Below, piece after piece: positions 1-15,109 of a stretch of 64,000 nucleotides of DNA; the first letter of the stretch is position 1; every line of letters begins with the position of its first letter. A model generated the notes under the pieces. The model made no database searches, was not told the origin of the DNA, and saw nothing but the letters and a program-made list of their open reading frames with translations. A program made the position numbers and the translations under genes. Source of the DNA: the human T2T-CHM13v2.0 reference genome, Homo sapiens. Where the stretch lies: the NCBI RefSeq assembly GCF_009914755.1, contig NC_060929.1; one strand, 5' to 3'.

Positions 1-429
1 TTGCTTGGGGCCTGTGATGCTGGACCCCAGTGGAGAGGGAGGGCACGCGTAGGTGGCTCCTCTGAGCAGGTGGCTGTCTACAGGCTGGGGATGGCAGGGC
101 CCCGGAAGGTCTGTCCCGCCCTGGCCTCCCTCCTGGCTGCTGCCCTACATTCCTTTGTCTTGGCCCAGGGAGCCCTTAGCCTTATGGCAAATTCTTGAAA
201 AGTGTCCCTGACCCAAAGGCAGGGAGGGCCCTGTAGGAACACCCAGGGTCTCAAGGCCATGGTGGGGGAAATAATAATGACCCCTCAAGACTGTGTCCCA
301 AGCTGGCCCTGAATGGGTACCTTGGGGCCAAAGGCCATCCCTCCCCACTCCCCACCATGGTTAAGTGTCTACTCTTATAACAGGAGCATGTTTAAAACCA
401 GGCATCAATATCTTGTTACTCTGTGCATA

Positions 430-1260
<831 letters not shown>

Positions 1261-2885
1261 TGAAATATTATCATAGAAAACATAGGGCTAAACAGCAAAT
1301 AGAATCTTTACAGAGGAAAGAATGTATTGCTATTCCCCATCAGCTTCCTTCTCTCTGCCCCTGGGCAAGTCCTGGGAGGAGCCTGCAGGAAGGCTGGGGC
1401 CCTCCTAGACCTGACTTGCCCCTTGGGGTGGCCCCTGATGCTCTGGATAAAGCAGCCTCATGAGTGGGGCTGACTCTGGGGGATCCTGGGGCCCTGGGCT
1501 TTCTTCCCCCACCGGCATGATGTAGGAGGAAGCCCTCTTCTGAACTGTTTTTGGGGGTTCATGCCAGGGACACTTGGTGCTGATGTGAAGCAAAAGATAA
1601 AGAACAGCCAGTCCGGAGTAGGTGGGGGCCTCATAGCAAAGACGCCACGCGACAAGGGATTTCATCACCCTCTGCCCATTCTTGTGACCAGAGCCGTGTG
1701 CTCTTCTGAGCTCAGTCCCGTGGCCTGGAACATGCGGCCCTCACCACAATAGCAGGAGGGTGAGCCTAATTCACAGGTGGGAAAACTAACCCCAGGAACC
1801 TTAAAAGATTTGCATGGGTGCCCCCAGGATCACCCCCAGCACATCAGAGGTGACTGGTCTCATGGCCTGTACAAAGGGCTGCTGGGCTGACACAGTGACA
1901 TTCAGAAGCAGAGAGGTCCCATGACTGGCTGCAAGAACGGCCAGTCTATAGGAGGGCTAGGCATCCTGTCCAGAGGCCTGTCTCCCTAGAGCTCTGGGGT
2001 TCCATGTGGCATGTCTGTTTGGAGCAAAGGGGTCTTGTGAAGCCCTGTGTAACTCTCTCAGCTCCCCAGGCCCTCTGCCACACCTCGGCTGCAGTCTTGG
2101 CTTGTGTTCCCAAATCCTACTTGTCCTCCAGCCACATGGAGAGCCCTTCCATTTTCAGGAGTCCCAGCTCCCAGCAGGGCTCTGTCTGTGCTGGAACTTT
2201 CTTTCCCACGTTCTGTCAGGGCTGATACCAGCGTATGCTTCCTGTTCTCTCAGGAGTTGGGTGTGTCTTAGTGATGACTTTTTCCCTGCAACACAGTCTA
2301 AGGGAGCTCAGACCTGGTCTCCTGCCTGTCCCAGAAGGCCATACCAGGTGAGGTGGCATCAGGAAACCTCTTGGCGGACATGAGAGGTGCAAGGAAGACC
2401 TCAGTGGAGCACTGGACCCTAGGAGCTGAGCTCAGAGGGACATGTTCCTCCCTAGAGAGGGTTCCAATAGGTCTGCAGGCCACTGCCATCTAGAAAACGC
2501 CAGCCGCTTCCTCACAGCTATGCAGGGGCATTTCTTGCTCCAGACCAAGATATTAGGCAGGCATGAGCCCTTCAAGACAATCTGATCCCCTGCTCCTCCC
2601 ACAGACGAATCAACTAAAGCCCAGATGGCAAGGTAGCCTCAGGTATACAGGGTAGTAACAGCCTTCCTGGGCCTGAGTAGCTGAAGATGTAGCTGCACAT
2701 GTGTTTTGCCCGCCCTGCACTGGGAGGCCCCAGCAACTTGCCAGCCCTGGCCAGCAGGCTTATACTGTGTGGTTGCAACTCAAATGCTGCTGTGAAGCTG
2801 GGGGTTCGTGCAAAAGAATGTCAGTTTCTATAGAGAAGTTCTTTAGAACTGACTGTGTGTTCTCTGTACTCCTAGTGCCCTAGAC

Positions 2886-3211
2886 CAGGGGTTCCCAATC
2901 TCTAGGCCGTGGATGGTCCATGGCCTGTTAGGAGCCGGGCTGCACAGCAGGAGGTGAGCGGCGGGCACTGAGTTCTGCCTCCTGTCAGATCAGCAGCAGC
3001 GTTAGATTCTCAAAGGAGCACAAACCCTATAGCGAACTGTGCATGTGGGGGATTTAGGTAATGTGCTCCTTATGAGAATCTAATGCCTGATGATCTGAGG
3101 CTGAACAGTTTTGTCCGAAACCATCTCTGTTCTGCTCCCCCACTCCCAGTCTGTGGAAAAACGGTCTTCCAGGAAACCAGTCCCTGGTGCCAAAAATGTT
3201 TAGGAATGCTG
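2886..3211 (+). mobile_element. MER1B-like hAT-Charlie DNA transposon (non-autonomous)
   Basis: Starts CAGGGGTTCCCAA and ends ...GGAATGCTG. Internal ctcctgtcagatcagcagcagcgttagattctc and ccttatgagaatctaatgcctgatgatctgagg. 8-bp TSD CCCTAGAC (2878-2885) / CCTTAGAC (3212-3219), typical of hAT elements. Confidence 0.88.
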
Positions 3212-3453
3212 CCTTAGACTGTTGCCAACAGGTGGGGCCCAGGAGCCTGGCAAGGAGATGCAGGCTGAGTCTGGGTTGGCCACGTGCACACATCTCCTAG
3301 GATGGTCCAAGGGGAATGTGAGCACGGGGAGGGTGGAAGCCACAGGATCGGAGTGGTCAGGTGGGGTGGAGGGGCCACAGGGCTGGTAGGCCTATGAGAC
3401 CCACGTCAGGGCATGAGGCAGGGTCATGTGGCAGGGGCATCCTCCTTGGGGCC

Positions 3454-3885
3454 TATGGTGGGTTGAGTAGTGTCCCCAACCCCTCACCAAATTCATGTCT
3501 ATTAGAACCTCAGAATGTGACCTGATTGGAAAATAGGATCTTTGCACATATAATTACTTAAGGATCTTGAGATGAAATCATCCTGGATTTACTGTGGGCT
3601 TGAATCCGCTTACTGGTGTCCTTATGAGACGAGGAGAAGACATGGGGGACAAAGAAGGAGGCCCTGTGAAGATGGAGGCAGACACTGGAGTTACATTGCT
3701 GCAAGCCAAGGAATACCAGGAGCCACCAGAAGTGGAAGAGGCAAGGGCCTGGAGACTTTGAAGGGAGTGTGATCCTGCCAGCACCTTGATTTCTGGCTTC
3801 TGGTCTCCTGAGTGGTGAGAGCACACGTTTACGTGGTTTAAAGCCACCATGTGATCATCTCTCATATCAGCCCTAGGAAACCCAT
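3454..3885 (+). mobile_element. MLT1 (MLT1C-like) MaLR solo LTR
   Basis: gaacctcagaatgtgacc..ggaaatagg.tctttgca, gtgaagatggaggcaga, caagccaaggaa, gccagcaccttgatttc, tttaaagccacc are MLT1 hallmarks. Confidence 0.85.
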
Positions 3886-4033
3886 GGAAGGTCCTTATTG
3901 CACTCAGGGAGCAAATCAACCTCTAGTACCCTCTAGGCCTCAATGTGGCCACCTGCTCTGACCCCTGGCCAATCATTTCATTGCCAACCCCAGCCTCATT
4001 ACATGGACAGGATTTAGGTGGCAAGTGGCAGGT

Positions 4034-4056
4034 GGGTATGGGGAGGGGGTGAGGGG
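4034..4056 (+). other. Canonical G-quadruplex motif
   Basis: GGG TAT GGGG A GGGGG TGA GGGG: four G-runs with loops of 1-3 nt. Motif only; folding not shown. Confidence 0.5.
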
Positions 4057-4694
4057 AGAGACCTTGAAATGGCAGGTTGCAGGCTCAGTTGGCCCACTCA
4101 GACCCTCTGCAGTTAGCACAGAGCTCGCCACCTCAGAGCCCAGGCATAAATATTTGTGAGTTGAGTTATTCCCAGTCAAGACTGATGCCATTTGGGACAT
4201 GGACTGGGCCAGGGGTGTGCAGATGAGGCATAAAAGTCATCCCCAAGCTGCTCTGAAAACTGCTCTCAAAATGTGGCAGCACCAAGTCCCCAGCCCCAAA
4301 GCAGGTCTCCAAGATACTGACCACAACTGGGAGGCTCCCCTCAGCTGCCTGGTCTTGCTCCTGGTGTTTTGCCAGGGCTTAGCAAAGAGCCTGGGAACAC
4401 ACATCCTCCAAAACCAAGGCCCACTCAGAGCCACAGGGTAGCCACTGAACACAGAGTAAAGACCACCCTCCTTCTGTGATGGCCTCCCCTACAGCTTCCC
4501 TGGCCCTCCACATTCCAGCCACGCTGGCCTGCCTCCAGCCCTTGATTACAGCAAGCGCCTCCCTGTCTCCAGGTCTCCTGGACATCTGGCTAGTTCCTCT
4601 CACCTCCCTGTCTCTTCCTTTACATTATCCCTCAGACAGGTGCCCTACCCATAACTACCCTATCTAGAGTAGACTGCCGCTGTTTTCCTATCTT

Positions 4695-4815
4695 TCTCCC
4701 TAGAACTGTAAGTTCTCCAAGGGCAGGAACCACATCTGGCTTTGCTTACCATTAAATGCCAGCAGCCTGCCCAGTGCCCCACACATGGAACGTGCTGGGT
4801 AAACAGTTGGTGGGT
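4695..4815 (+). mobile_element. L2 3'-end fragment
   Basis: ctagaactgtaagttctccaagggcaggaaccacatctg...cagtgcccacacatgg resembles the L2 terminus. Confidence 0.55.
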
Positions 4816-5104
4816 GAGCAGTGAGCCTGCACACCGGTCCCTGTGTCTGGGACACCCCCTGGAGTTGCTTTTGTCCTGCCCCTTCCACCAGCCCAACCTC
4901 CTTGGAGCCCTGAGCCAGCTGGTTCTCTCCTTTAGCTCAAATCCTGGGCCTGGTATTTGTGATCTGCATTAATGGCCTTGAGGGACACTTCAAGGTCTTG
5001 AGTCCAGAGACCTCAGAAGGTCCCTGCTGACTGTTGCCTGAAACCCTTTTCCTAGGAAAATATCTCTGAAATAGGTGGGACTTAGGAGGCAGATAATAAC
5101 AGTA

Positions 5105-5255
5105 ATAAAATCTGACATTCCCTGAGCACCCTGCCTCGCACTCTGCTAAGCCCTTTACACACATTTTCTCCTTGAACCCTCAGAACAATGTTTCTGTACA
5201 ATTACTTCCATTGTACAGATGAGAAAACTGAGACTCAGAGAGGTAAATCTGCCCA
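5105..5255 (-). mobile_element. MIR SINE fragment
   Basis: ccattgtacagatgagaaaactgagactcagagaggtaa is the reverse of the MIR core. Confidence 0.7.
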
Positions 5256-6974
5256 GCTCTGCAGGATTCCCAAGCTGAGCTCCCTAAAAGCTGCTGCAGT
5301 CCTGGGCCAGGACTCTTCTATGATTTGGGCTGAATAGCTGGAACCAGAGAATAAAAGTGGAAGGCTGTGATGGACAAGCAGACGGAAGGGGAGTGGCCAG
5401 GGAGGGGTTTTCTTTTCTCCTGAGCTACCAGTTGAGGGTCTGCACTGGCAAGGCCCCCTGTTCTGGACTAGGGCAGTCCCAGCCCCCAGGACATGAAGAG
5501 GGGATATAGATTTTGGAGGATTTGGCTTTTCCAGGGCATGGGTTGGGTCTCAAAGGAGCAGGTCATGGGGTTTGGGTCAGGACTTCTGGGGAGTGTGGTG
5601 GCTGAAATTTCACTAGATGAGTTGTTGACAAACCTGGGTCTGAAATCCAAGGTTCTAGGCTCCCAGACTAGAGACCAGGCCAGAGCCTGGCCTATCAGGT
5701 GGGTGGAACTGGTCAGGAATCTGAGCACCTATGTTTTCCCCGAAGCATGAATTCATAGAGCACTCATGATGTGCCAAGCCCCATGTAAGCTCTTGGGAAT
5801 GGCGGATGAGTGAGTCCAGGGGAGGCAGATGAGAAGAGACATGGGAAATGCTTGGTGGGCATCTGTGGTGTCCTTAAGGCCTCTCTGAGCAGGGGACACT
5901 TGAACTGAGTCTTAAAGGAGTTTGCCCAGAAGATGGGAAGGTAGGGCCTGAGGAGGGGCTTCCAAGCAGAGGAAACAGTATGTGCCCTTCTGTGGGCACA
6001 CATGAACACGGCCAGGAGCACCAAACCACATGCTCAGGCAGTGGTAGAAATTCCTGAAACACTGGGGCCCCAGAGGAGTCTTCCTGGTAGATCCTTGCAT
6101 GTTCCAGGGTAGGAAATCTGTGGCCATTTGGGGGAGAAGCCACCAGTTCTGGTTTCTGGCCAGCTCACAGTTGCATTGTTGAGTTCCAATTAACATTCAC
6201 GGAATAATTGAAATATGTAATTGGAAAACTCAAAATGCATTTTAATCCCATTAGCAGCAGGATCATTTCTCCCATACGATTCTTCTTGGGGGTGAGCTGG
6301 AGGTGCAGCAGTGGCTCCTGTGGGTGGGAGCAGAGGTCTTCCGTTCTGGGAATGACAGCCATCCCCTCTTCGTGCCCTGGGGGCTGGGACTGCTCTGGTG
6401 TACCCTGAACAGAGACCTGAGTTGCTTCACCAGTGAGTGAAGCCTGCTGACTCCATCTGGTCAATGGGAACTGCCCTGAACCCTCACCTGGGCTCAGCCC
6501 CATTGAACCAGGGGTTTGTCACCCTTGCCCTAGTTGTCTGAGGCCCTGAACTACCGCTCTGAAAGGGTCTGTACTGACCTTGTTACCACAAAGAGCAGAA
6601 GCCCCTTTCCCAGGAAGACAACTTTCTCTAAACAAATACTACAGTCTTGCAATGCTCATCTGACACTTGTCTCTTTCCAAAGAGATAGCCATTAACACTT
6701 GTTAAGTTCTGAGAAATGATTTGGGAGCAGAGGGGCATGGAATGTCTGTTAGCACAAGGTTGGGGCCCTGGGCTGGAGGAGATGTACCCCACCAAAGTAA
6801 ACATGCCATTGTTTTCTCACCAGGCACAAGGGAAACCTGCTGCTCACCTCTGAGAGCTGCTCATTGGTGACAGAGATTTTCAAGAGTGGTGGTGGAGAAA
6901 CTGGGTGTCCTGAACCGTTTGCATCCTAAAGGTGTGCTGCGCTTCCTGGGGTCCTCTGGGCCTTTAAGCCTAGC

Positions 6975-7015
6975 GTGTGTGTGTGTGTGTGTGTGTGTCT
7001 GTGTGTGTGTGTGTG
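6975..7015. repeat. (GT)n microsatellite, about 20 units with one CT interruption
   Basis: Seen directly. Confidence 0.97.
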
Positions 7016-7475
7016 GCAGTGTTCTCCAAGGCTCTAACGGGGCCATGCCGTGCCTTGAGACTCCATCTGGTGGGGCTGGCCCTTGTCCAAATGGTGGACA
7101 GTGACCTGGGCCCTGTCTTGGAAAGATGTGTCCATTGGCAAGTGACAAAGAAAGCAATACAAGAGACACAGCTGGTGAGGAGTCTATTACATGGTCCAGA
7201 TCCAGGGGGACAGTCTGCTTTCCACTTCTCTCTCTCACCTTCTTGTTCATCCCAAATAATGCCAGACACATGGTGGCATTCCTTCCTATACAGACCTGGG
7301 GCAGCAGATCCCCAGGGGTAAGGAAATTCTAGTGCTGCTTGGGGTAGAATTGAGAGCAGGCCCTGGAGATGTTTGACCATAAGGTGCATTTGCCAGGGGC
7401 AGTGGCTCATAGAAACCATTATGAGGAATTGGACAGTGGGCTGTTGGCTCACAGCACTGCATGGGTGTAGGGCAA

Positions 7476-7854
7476 TATATTGGTCTGTTCTCACACTGCT
7501 ATAAAAAACTACCTGAGACTGGGTTATTGATGAAGAACAGAGATTTAGTTGATTCACAGTTCCTCAGGCTGTACAGGAAGCATGGCTGGGAGGCCTCAGG
7601 AAACTTACAATCATGGCAGAAGGCAGAGGGGAAGCAAGCATGTCTTAATATGGCAGAGCAGGAGAGAAAGAGCAAAGGCGGAAGTGCTACACACTTTGAA
7701 AACATCAGATCTTGTGGAAACTCACTATCATGAGAGTGGCAAGGGGGAAATTTGATCCCATGATCCAATCACCTCCCATCAGGTCCCTCCCCCAGCATTG
7801 AGAATTACAATTCAACATGAGATTTGGGTGGGGACATGGAACCAAACCATATCA
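7476..7854 (-). mobile_element. MSTA-like MaLR solo LTR
   Basis: ggcctcaggaaacttacaatcatggcagaagg, catgatccaatcacctccc, caacatgagatttgggtggggaca..ccaaaccatatca. Perfect 5-bp TSD GGCAA (7471-7475 / 7855-7859). Confidence 0.92.
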
Positions 7855-9861
7855 GGCAAAGACCAGGAGACACATGTAGAAGGCAAGATGTTATCTCCAC
7901 AGATGTGGGAGGGGGCTGCCCAGCACTGTCCCTTCTCTCACGCTGATCCAGCCCCAACCTCAGAGAGACCATCTGCAAATTTGGAACTCCAAGCACATCA
8001 TAAGGAGCAATTCTCACAAGTCCATGCTCCCAGGTCAGACTGCTGCTAATCAAAGTGTTGCTTCCTCTAATTAGAGTGAGTCAAGTCATTAAAAACACTA
8101 TCCTTCAATTGTTGGAGTGTGACATTTCTTCTTGATCCTAAGACAGATGCCCCTCAGGGCAGAAGTGGGACTGGAGGGAGGGGAAGGAGTGGGCAGAGGG
8201 CAGCAGTAGTTTTGCTGCTGACGCCCTGCTGATGTGAGCAGTGCCTGCCCGGGCAGTCTCCTCCCTCTACATCCTTGCCATTATCCTCTTCCTCTTCCCA
8301 CTCAACCTGTGCAGACACAGCCCCTGGCATGTGCTGCTCTGGAACCACTCCTTGGACTCTGCCTTGGACACTCGCTCTTTTTCTTAAGTCCTTGGGCAAC
8401 CCTCCTGGAGAAGATTCAGGCATCCAAGATTTGGATGAACCCCCACAGGCCAGTCTTCTTGGCATTCTCTACTTTGAAATGATTATAAACTGTCTCAAGT
8501 TGGAGAGGATGCTCGGTGTCAGATGCTGGAGGATATCTGACATGGTCCTTGCCTTCCTTAACATATTAGCTTTTTGCTTGGAGGAAGTCCTGGGGTAGGG
8601 TAGGGGAGTAAACAGACCCACGGGAAGAGACAGGCTGAGTAGGGTGTCAGGGTGCTGTGAAAGGACTGGCTAGGGCACGAGACCTAACGAGCAGGCAGAG
8701 GTGCTCAGACTTGGTGAGGTGGGAAATAGGGAGCCAGCGAAGGCTCTGGAGTAAGTGGGCACAAGATGATAGGTGATGCTATGGAAGCCCCACTGGGCGG
8801 CCCTGAGAGTGGTCAAAACATGGCATTGAGTCAATAGGCACACCCTTGGTGTTGCCCCTTCTATGCCTGGCTAGTTCATGAGGGAACAGGGAGATTTGCA
8901 CAAAGTTTATTTGTCTTCTGATTATAAATGGGCAGGGCACTGTTTGAAAGAAGAGAGAGAAGTCAAGAAATATTTGTAAACAATGAGAAGAGAAGCGAGA
9001 AGACAAATGGAAATCTTGATGGAGGTGGCACTGCTAAAATCTTGTAATAGTAATAATATTTCAGCTTTGACCAGTGTCCTGGCAGAATGAGGGGAACACA
9101 TACAGCTCAAGTGAGGTTCAGTCAGGTGCCAGCTGGCTGGGACCCTAGCCTTTCCCTGAAGGCTGCCTCTGGTACCAAAGGTTCTCTCTGACTTGGGCAG
9201 GAAAGGTGCCCCATTCCCTTGGCCCTAAAATATTACCCTCAGAACTGCCATGGAGTAGGATCTGAATTCTCACATTTTCCTCTTAACAGTTCCAAAGGAA
9301 TGATTTCCCTGTTTCCTCCAAGGCCAAGGGCATGTCCTGCCACCACAAGGAGCCTCCCTCACTCATCTCACGTGATCTTCCTCTGTGAGGAAGTCACACA
9401 AAGCTCCCAGCTGTGGAGTCAGTCAGTCACACAAAACTCCCTGGCGAGTCAGTCTCTGAGGATCACTCAGACTATGAGGTCCAATGGCTCCTTCGCTGCC
9501 CCAGCTGCACCCAGCTCAGCACCACCTGGCCCGGTTTGGTGATTCACTTTCCATAAACCTCAGGATGGGCCTGCAGGCTAGGCCACGCCCAGGCATAGAC
9601 TTTGCCAAGACCTGTCCACTGGGCTGTCAGCACTCTCAGGGTTGACCACTTGCCCAGAGCACGAAGTCCTAGGAAGGGAGCTGGATCGGTGGCCCCACCT
9701 GCCAGGGCACCAATAACTAAGCTCTGTGCCAAGCCCTGTCCTGGGTGCCTGAGCACAGCAGAATCTGACCTGCCCTGTGTCCATGGCACTTGCAACCTAG
9801 GTGTGTGTGTGACATGGTCACGACACAAGGCTGACCTCTAAGCATCCCTGGGTGTGATGTT

Positions 9862-10065
9862 GTGCAGTGCTTAGGAGCCTGGGTTCTAATCCCAACTCCA
9901 CCATTTACTGACTATGCAACCTTGGGCAAATTTCTTAACCTCTCTGGACCTCAGTTTCCTCTTCTTTAAAATGGGACTCAGAATCTGCCTCATAGACTTT
10001 TAGTGAGGACTGAATATGTGAAAAGTATTTAGCATGTATCAGGCACACGGTTAACACTTGCTAGG
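9862..10065 (+). mobile_element. MIR SINE
   Basis: cctgggttctaatcccaactccaccatttact..accttgggcaaatttcttaacctctctggacctcagtttcct..taaaatggg. Confidence 0.8.
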
Positions 10066-10841
10066 TACTAACAGAGAGGGACAACGGACCTTAGAGCTTT
10101 GGAGGCCCTACCCAGATCTCCACATTCAGGCATGTAAAAACACTTGCAATGAGACCTAACTTTTTCTGAAGAGATCTTGTTTCTGTGGAGCACGTTTTTG
10201 ATGTACATCCACCCGCTACAAGTTAATCGCCTCTTCAATCTTGACAAAAACCTTTCTTCTCACCCATAGGCTATGGTTCAAAAGGCTTAAAAAGTCAACT
10301 CATGACCCCTGTGGCTCTCTGGAGCCCATGGATGTTGCCCCAGCTGGAGGCCACATCATCACATTGGGGACCCTCCACTATGCATCTGAAGCAAGGTAGG
10401 ACTGCAGGCAGGGGACTTAGGGAGGGCTTCCTGGAGGAGGTGGCATCTGAGCTGGCCCACAGTGGACTGCAAGGATCCTAACAAGCAGATCAGCCTTCTT
10501 TGCTGCTTTTTGGAAACAATTTTGTTTCTCTCTGTTTTTACTTTAAGTGTCTGTGAGCGTCTGGAAGTTTTAAGACACACTGATCGCCTCAATGCTGCCC
10601 TCAGACCACATCTCTCCATGGGGCTTGAATGGAGAATTTTCAATCCCATAAAAAGAAAACCTAATTTGAGAAGTACTGATTGTAAATATCATTCTGTCTC
10701 TCTTACTTAAAAACAAACCCTTGACTCTAGGCAGCCCCTGCATTGCCTGGTTGCATTCCCATCTTTATGTTCACAAGTCCAAATACCAGTGCTTTTCAGG
10801 CAGAAATCCTCTGCTTTCAGTGTGTTAAAGCTTTGTAGGTT

Positions 10842-11223
<382 letters not shown>

Positions 11224-11704
11224 TCAGCAGTGGCTCAGGATGCTACCTGGGTGCTGGCCTATGATGGAGGCCGCAGTTGGGTCATTTCATTTCCTAAGAT
11301 GCAGGCATAGGCATCCCAACCAGCTCAGCCCTGGATCTGCTTCTCCCCTGCCCAGAGCTTTGGATGGCTGTTCTTGGCCTCTCATTCCAGGCCTCTATAG
11401 TCTGACTGACCTGACACTGTGGTCCCCACTGCCTCCTGCTGCCCGCACTCTGCTCTAGGATGACAGCAGTGCCGTTTCTTGAATGTATTCTGTGTCCTCC
11501 AGCCTCAGTGTCTTTCTTTGCTCCCACTGTTCTTCCTGCCCTTTACTCCAATCACACACATCCTTCTGGATGCCATTCAAATGCCAAACACCACCTCCTC
11601 CAGGGAGCCTGCCTTCCATGACTGCCACATCACAAGCACTCTGCATCTCTCCCTCATGCCTTATCCCCAATCTCCTGCCTCAGGAAAGCAGAGAAAGGCT
11701 GTTT

Positions 11705-11880
11705 GTTTTGGACTTGGACTTGCCTGGATTTAATCCCAGCTGTGCTATTGCCCAACCTCAGTCATCTCATCTGTAAACTGGGGTTACTAATAGTACCTGT
11801 TTGAGGACTGAACTACATATAATATAAATGATTTAACGTAGTGCCTGGCACAAAGTAATGCCTCAGTAAAGAACAATTAT
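11705..11880 (+). mobile_element. MIR SINE
   Basis: tgcctggatttaatcccagct..cctcagt..catctgtaaactggg..aatagtacct..agtgcctggcacaaagtaa. Confidence 0.75.
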
Positions 11881-14800
11881 TATTTTAAAAAATGATTAAT
11901 GTATTTTGAGTATTCCAGCCCCACCTCTTACTAACTAGGTAGCCCTGGGAGTGAGTGACTTAACCTTTCTGAGGGTGGGGCTTTGCGGACTCTGCAGGCC
12001 TTAGATGAGAGTTTTGGAGACAGGCTGCAGGGGCCCTGTAGTAGAGGCCCCTCTGTCCCGGGGGTCCCCCATGGTGGGACAGGGAGCCCCAGGCACCCTC
12101 AGCAGCACAGCCAGGGAGAGGCTGCTGCCTGCCCCTCCCAGGCCTGTCTGGGTCTGCCCAGGCCCCACTCCTGGCCCGCTCACTGAATTGAACTGTTTGG
12201 AGCGATGTTGCTGTTCATCTGGAAACAGCTTCATATTCAGTACCCACAAGACCAAACACAGACCCTGCCCAGCCACGAGGGGCTCAAAACCTGTCACAGT
12301 CACAATGCTCAGAGCCCCCAGCAAGAAACTCATCAAGATGAAGCACCAAGCTTTTAAAGAGCCTCTGCCTGAGCCCCTTGGCCCTGGATGCTGGGACAGA
12401 GCCTGCCTAGGGAGAGCCTTTGTGTCCTGGAAAGTGAAGGTAGACCCAAGGCCCCAAGGTGCCTGTGAAAAGGGCTCTGGCCTCGCTTGACTGACCTATC
12501 CGAGTGGCAGCCCCTGTCAGGACAGCTGGACAGCGCTGGAGGGGGCATCTGGGGACTAAGCATCACTCCATTTTTCTGGGTCGCATGTCCACCTTGAGAA
12601 TTATTCCTCGGTTACAGGAAAACTGTCTGCTCTCTTTCTACAAAGACTGAGGTGAGGGTCTGTCAGAGGCTGCTCTCCATACCCTAGAGGTGGTGCTGTG
12701 CCATCCTCCCGTCTCTGCAGCCTGGGCTCAGAGGCACAGCCTGGCCTGGAGGAGGCCCTTGGGCAAGGGAGCTCCACAGAGTGTATGCCCCTCTTTCATG
12801 CAGCATTTCTCAGGAGCAAGGTCAGATCCCAGCTGCCCTTGGGAACTGGGATAACAGTGGGAACCTTGGGGGCTGCGAGGTCTGGAGCCTCAGGGCAAAG
12901 CAGGGCAGAGCTGAAAATGAGGTCACAACCCCAACTGCCCCGCTATTGATCTGCCCACCTTTAGCAGGTACTTAATACTGAAGGAATTATATTCTTGAAT
13001 CCCCACTCCTAATCCTTCTTCTGAGCCTTTCTCTTGCCTTGAAGTAGAGCCCTTTCCTTCTCTATCTGTCCAAATATATCCCACCTTCATTCTTCAAGAT
13101 CCAGCCTAAGCCCATCTTCTTCCAGGAAGCCCAGATGGTTCCACAGCACCTATCATCCCAACCCTGTGGTTTAACACTTGATATTTACATACCTCCTTCT
13201 TGCCTGGGAGCCCCACTTCCCTAGATGGGTCAGGAGCTCCTGAGAGTGGGGCCTTGGCTGCCACTTTCTCCCCTTCCTGAATGAATGACTGCATGTGTCT
13301 CCCTTCCCCAGGATCCATGCTGAAGGAAAAGGCCTCTAAGACACAGGGCAGAGGGGCAGGTGTCCTGCTGTGGTAGGCACCTGTCTTCCAGCTTGCCCAA
13401 CTCTGGGACTAGTCCTGCAGCCTGTCCTGGCACAGATGTAGCCCAAAGCCTGACATTCTGCCTCCAGAGCTGCCCAAAGACCAGCACCAAGCCCTTAACT
13501 GGTAACACAACCTGATGGTACCATGTCTCAGTGATGGGTGGGGGGACTTATTTCATCTGGCTCAGCCAGGCACAGAGTTGTTTATTTCAACTCTCTTTGG
13601 CTGTCAGTTCACTTGACGAGAAACAGAAATGAAGCAATGACTTCTGAAACAAAAAGAATCTTGTCTCAATTGCATTTGTATTCAAATGGGCAAAATAAAT
13701 TCCAGGGCCTTTCTGAGAGTGTGCCGGGAGTGAGGCCTGCGTGCAAAGTGGGTGCTGATGGCTCTCCATCCCCGAGAGAGTGGCCAAGATCAAGAATTCA
13801 GCCTCAGAACAAACCTTCGGCAGCCAATCTGTTAGGCAGCTGCCCAGGTGCAGCACCAGCAGGGTGTGGCCCCTCGCAAAAGCAGCCTGATGATTAATTA
13901 CTGTGTCTTGCCATCCAGGACTGTGAGGAGGAGAGTGAATAAACAACAGGGAATTTTATGTACCCATGATGAGCAGGAGACAGGTGAGACTGTTTGCTGC
14001 TCTAAGTGAACAGAATGTTTGGAGCTGCATCAGAGGGCACTCGCAATGCCTGCACCTCTGCTGATGCCCTCTGCCGCCAGCACTGGGCGAATGAGGAAAA
14101 TGGAGCTGGGGGCAGAGCTCCTGTGAGGGCCATCGGGGAGTCCTTGAGCCTCTGTGGCATGGAGATAAGGCAAAGCTTCCAGCCTGGGTCTTCCCTCTTC
14201 ATCTGGCATCCCTGCTTCCCAGCAGGCCAGCAGCCTTGGGGAGGGGTCCCACACGGGCGACTGGGGCCCCAGGGAGTTGTACTTTCCACTGGGTCTGTGG
14301 ATTATGACATGGCTATCTGAAGCCCCTGAATTTTAGCTCTAGGCATTATGCCTAGGCTGTGTGGTCTCCTAGGATGAGGTAAAGCAGGAACCACAGCAGA
14401 GGGTGGCATGTGGCCTCCAACACAGTCCCCGCCCCTGGAGCCCTCTTGGATGGCTCTAAGCACTGCCCTCAGCTCAGTGACCTCAGCACACTTGGGGATG
14501 GACAGGCCGGCAGACAGGGGCCCATGGCTCCAGGCCACCTGCCTTTGGCCCGCGGTCCCTCGCCTGCAATGTGGGCTGCTTCTTTTCAACATGACCCCCT
14601 GTGGGACCCCACTGAAATGACAATACAGCTGAATGCTGGCCAGCCCGTCAGGGAGGAGATCGAGCCCAGTGAGTCCGCAGTGCTGGGCTTCCCACTCTTG
14701 TGCCGCATCTCCCAGCCCCTCAGTCTCCCTAGAGCCTCCGTCTCCGACTCCCCACCCATCTCCTGAGCCTGCGCTCAAGGTCACGTGCAGCTCTCAAAGA

Positions 14801-15109
14801 CTCAACCGCCCACTTGGAAGCACTTAACAATCCGATTACAAAAGAAGTACAATGGGAAGGGGGAAAGTATGTTGGTGAGACAGGAGACACAGGAGGGGAG
14901 GGGAGTTTGGGGGAAGAGCGGGCCGTTGAGTCACACTAAGTGTGTGGTGCCTCTAAGTAATGACCCTTGGACCTCTTGGTCCCCTTGGACCTTAGGGACT
15001 TCTGAAGACCTGGTGCTGGAAACCTCATGTCTGGAGGCGTGGGTGGGACAAGACCCTCCCCAGGGCAGAGTAAATTGAGGGGAGCAGCGCACCTGAGTGT
15101 CTCAGACAG

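Noticed and set aside
6861-7557. ORFs with HTHTHT / CVCVCV runs (also near 45792-46139 and 56530-56928)
   Set aside because: Translations of dinucleotide microsatellites.
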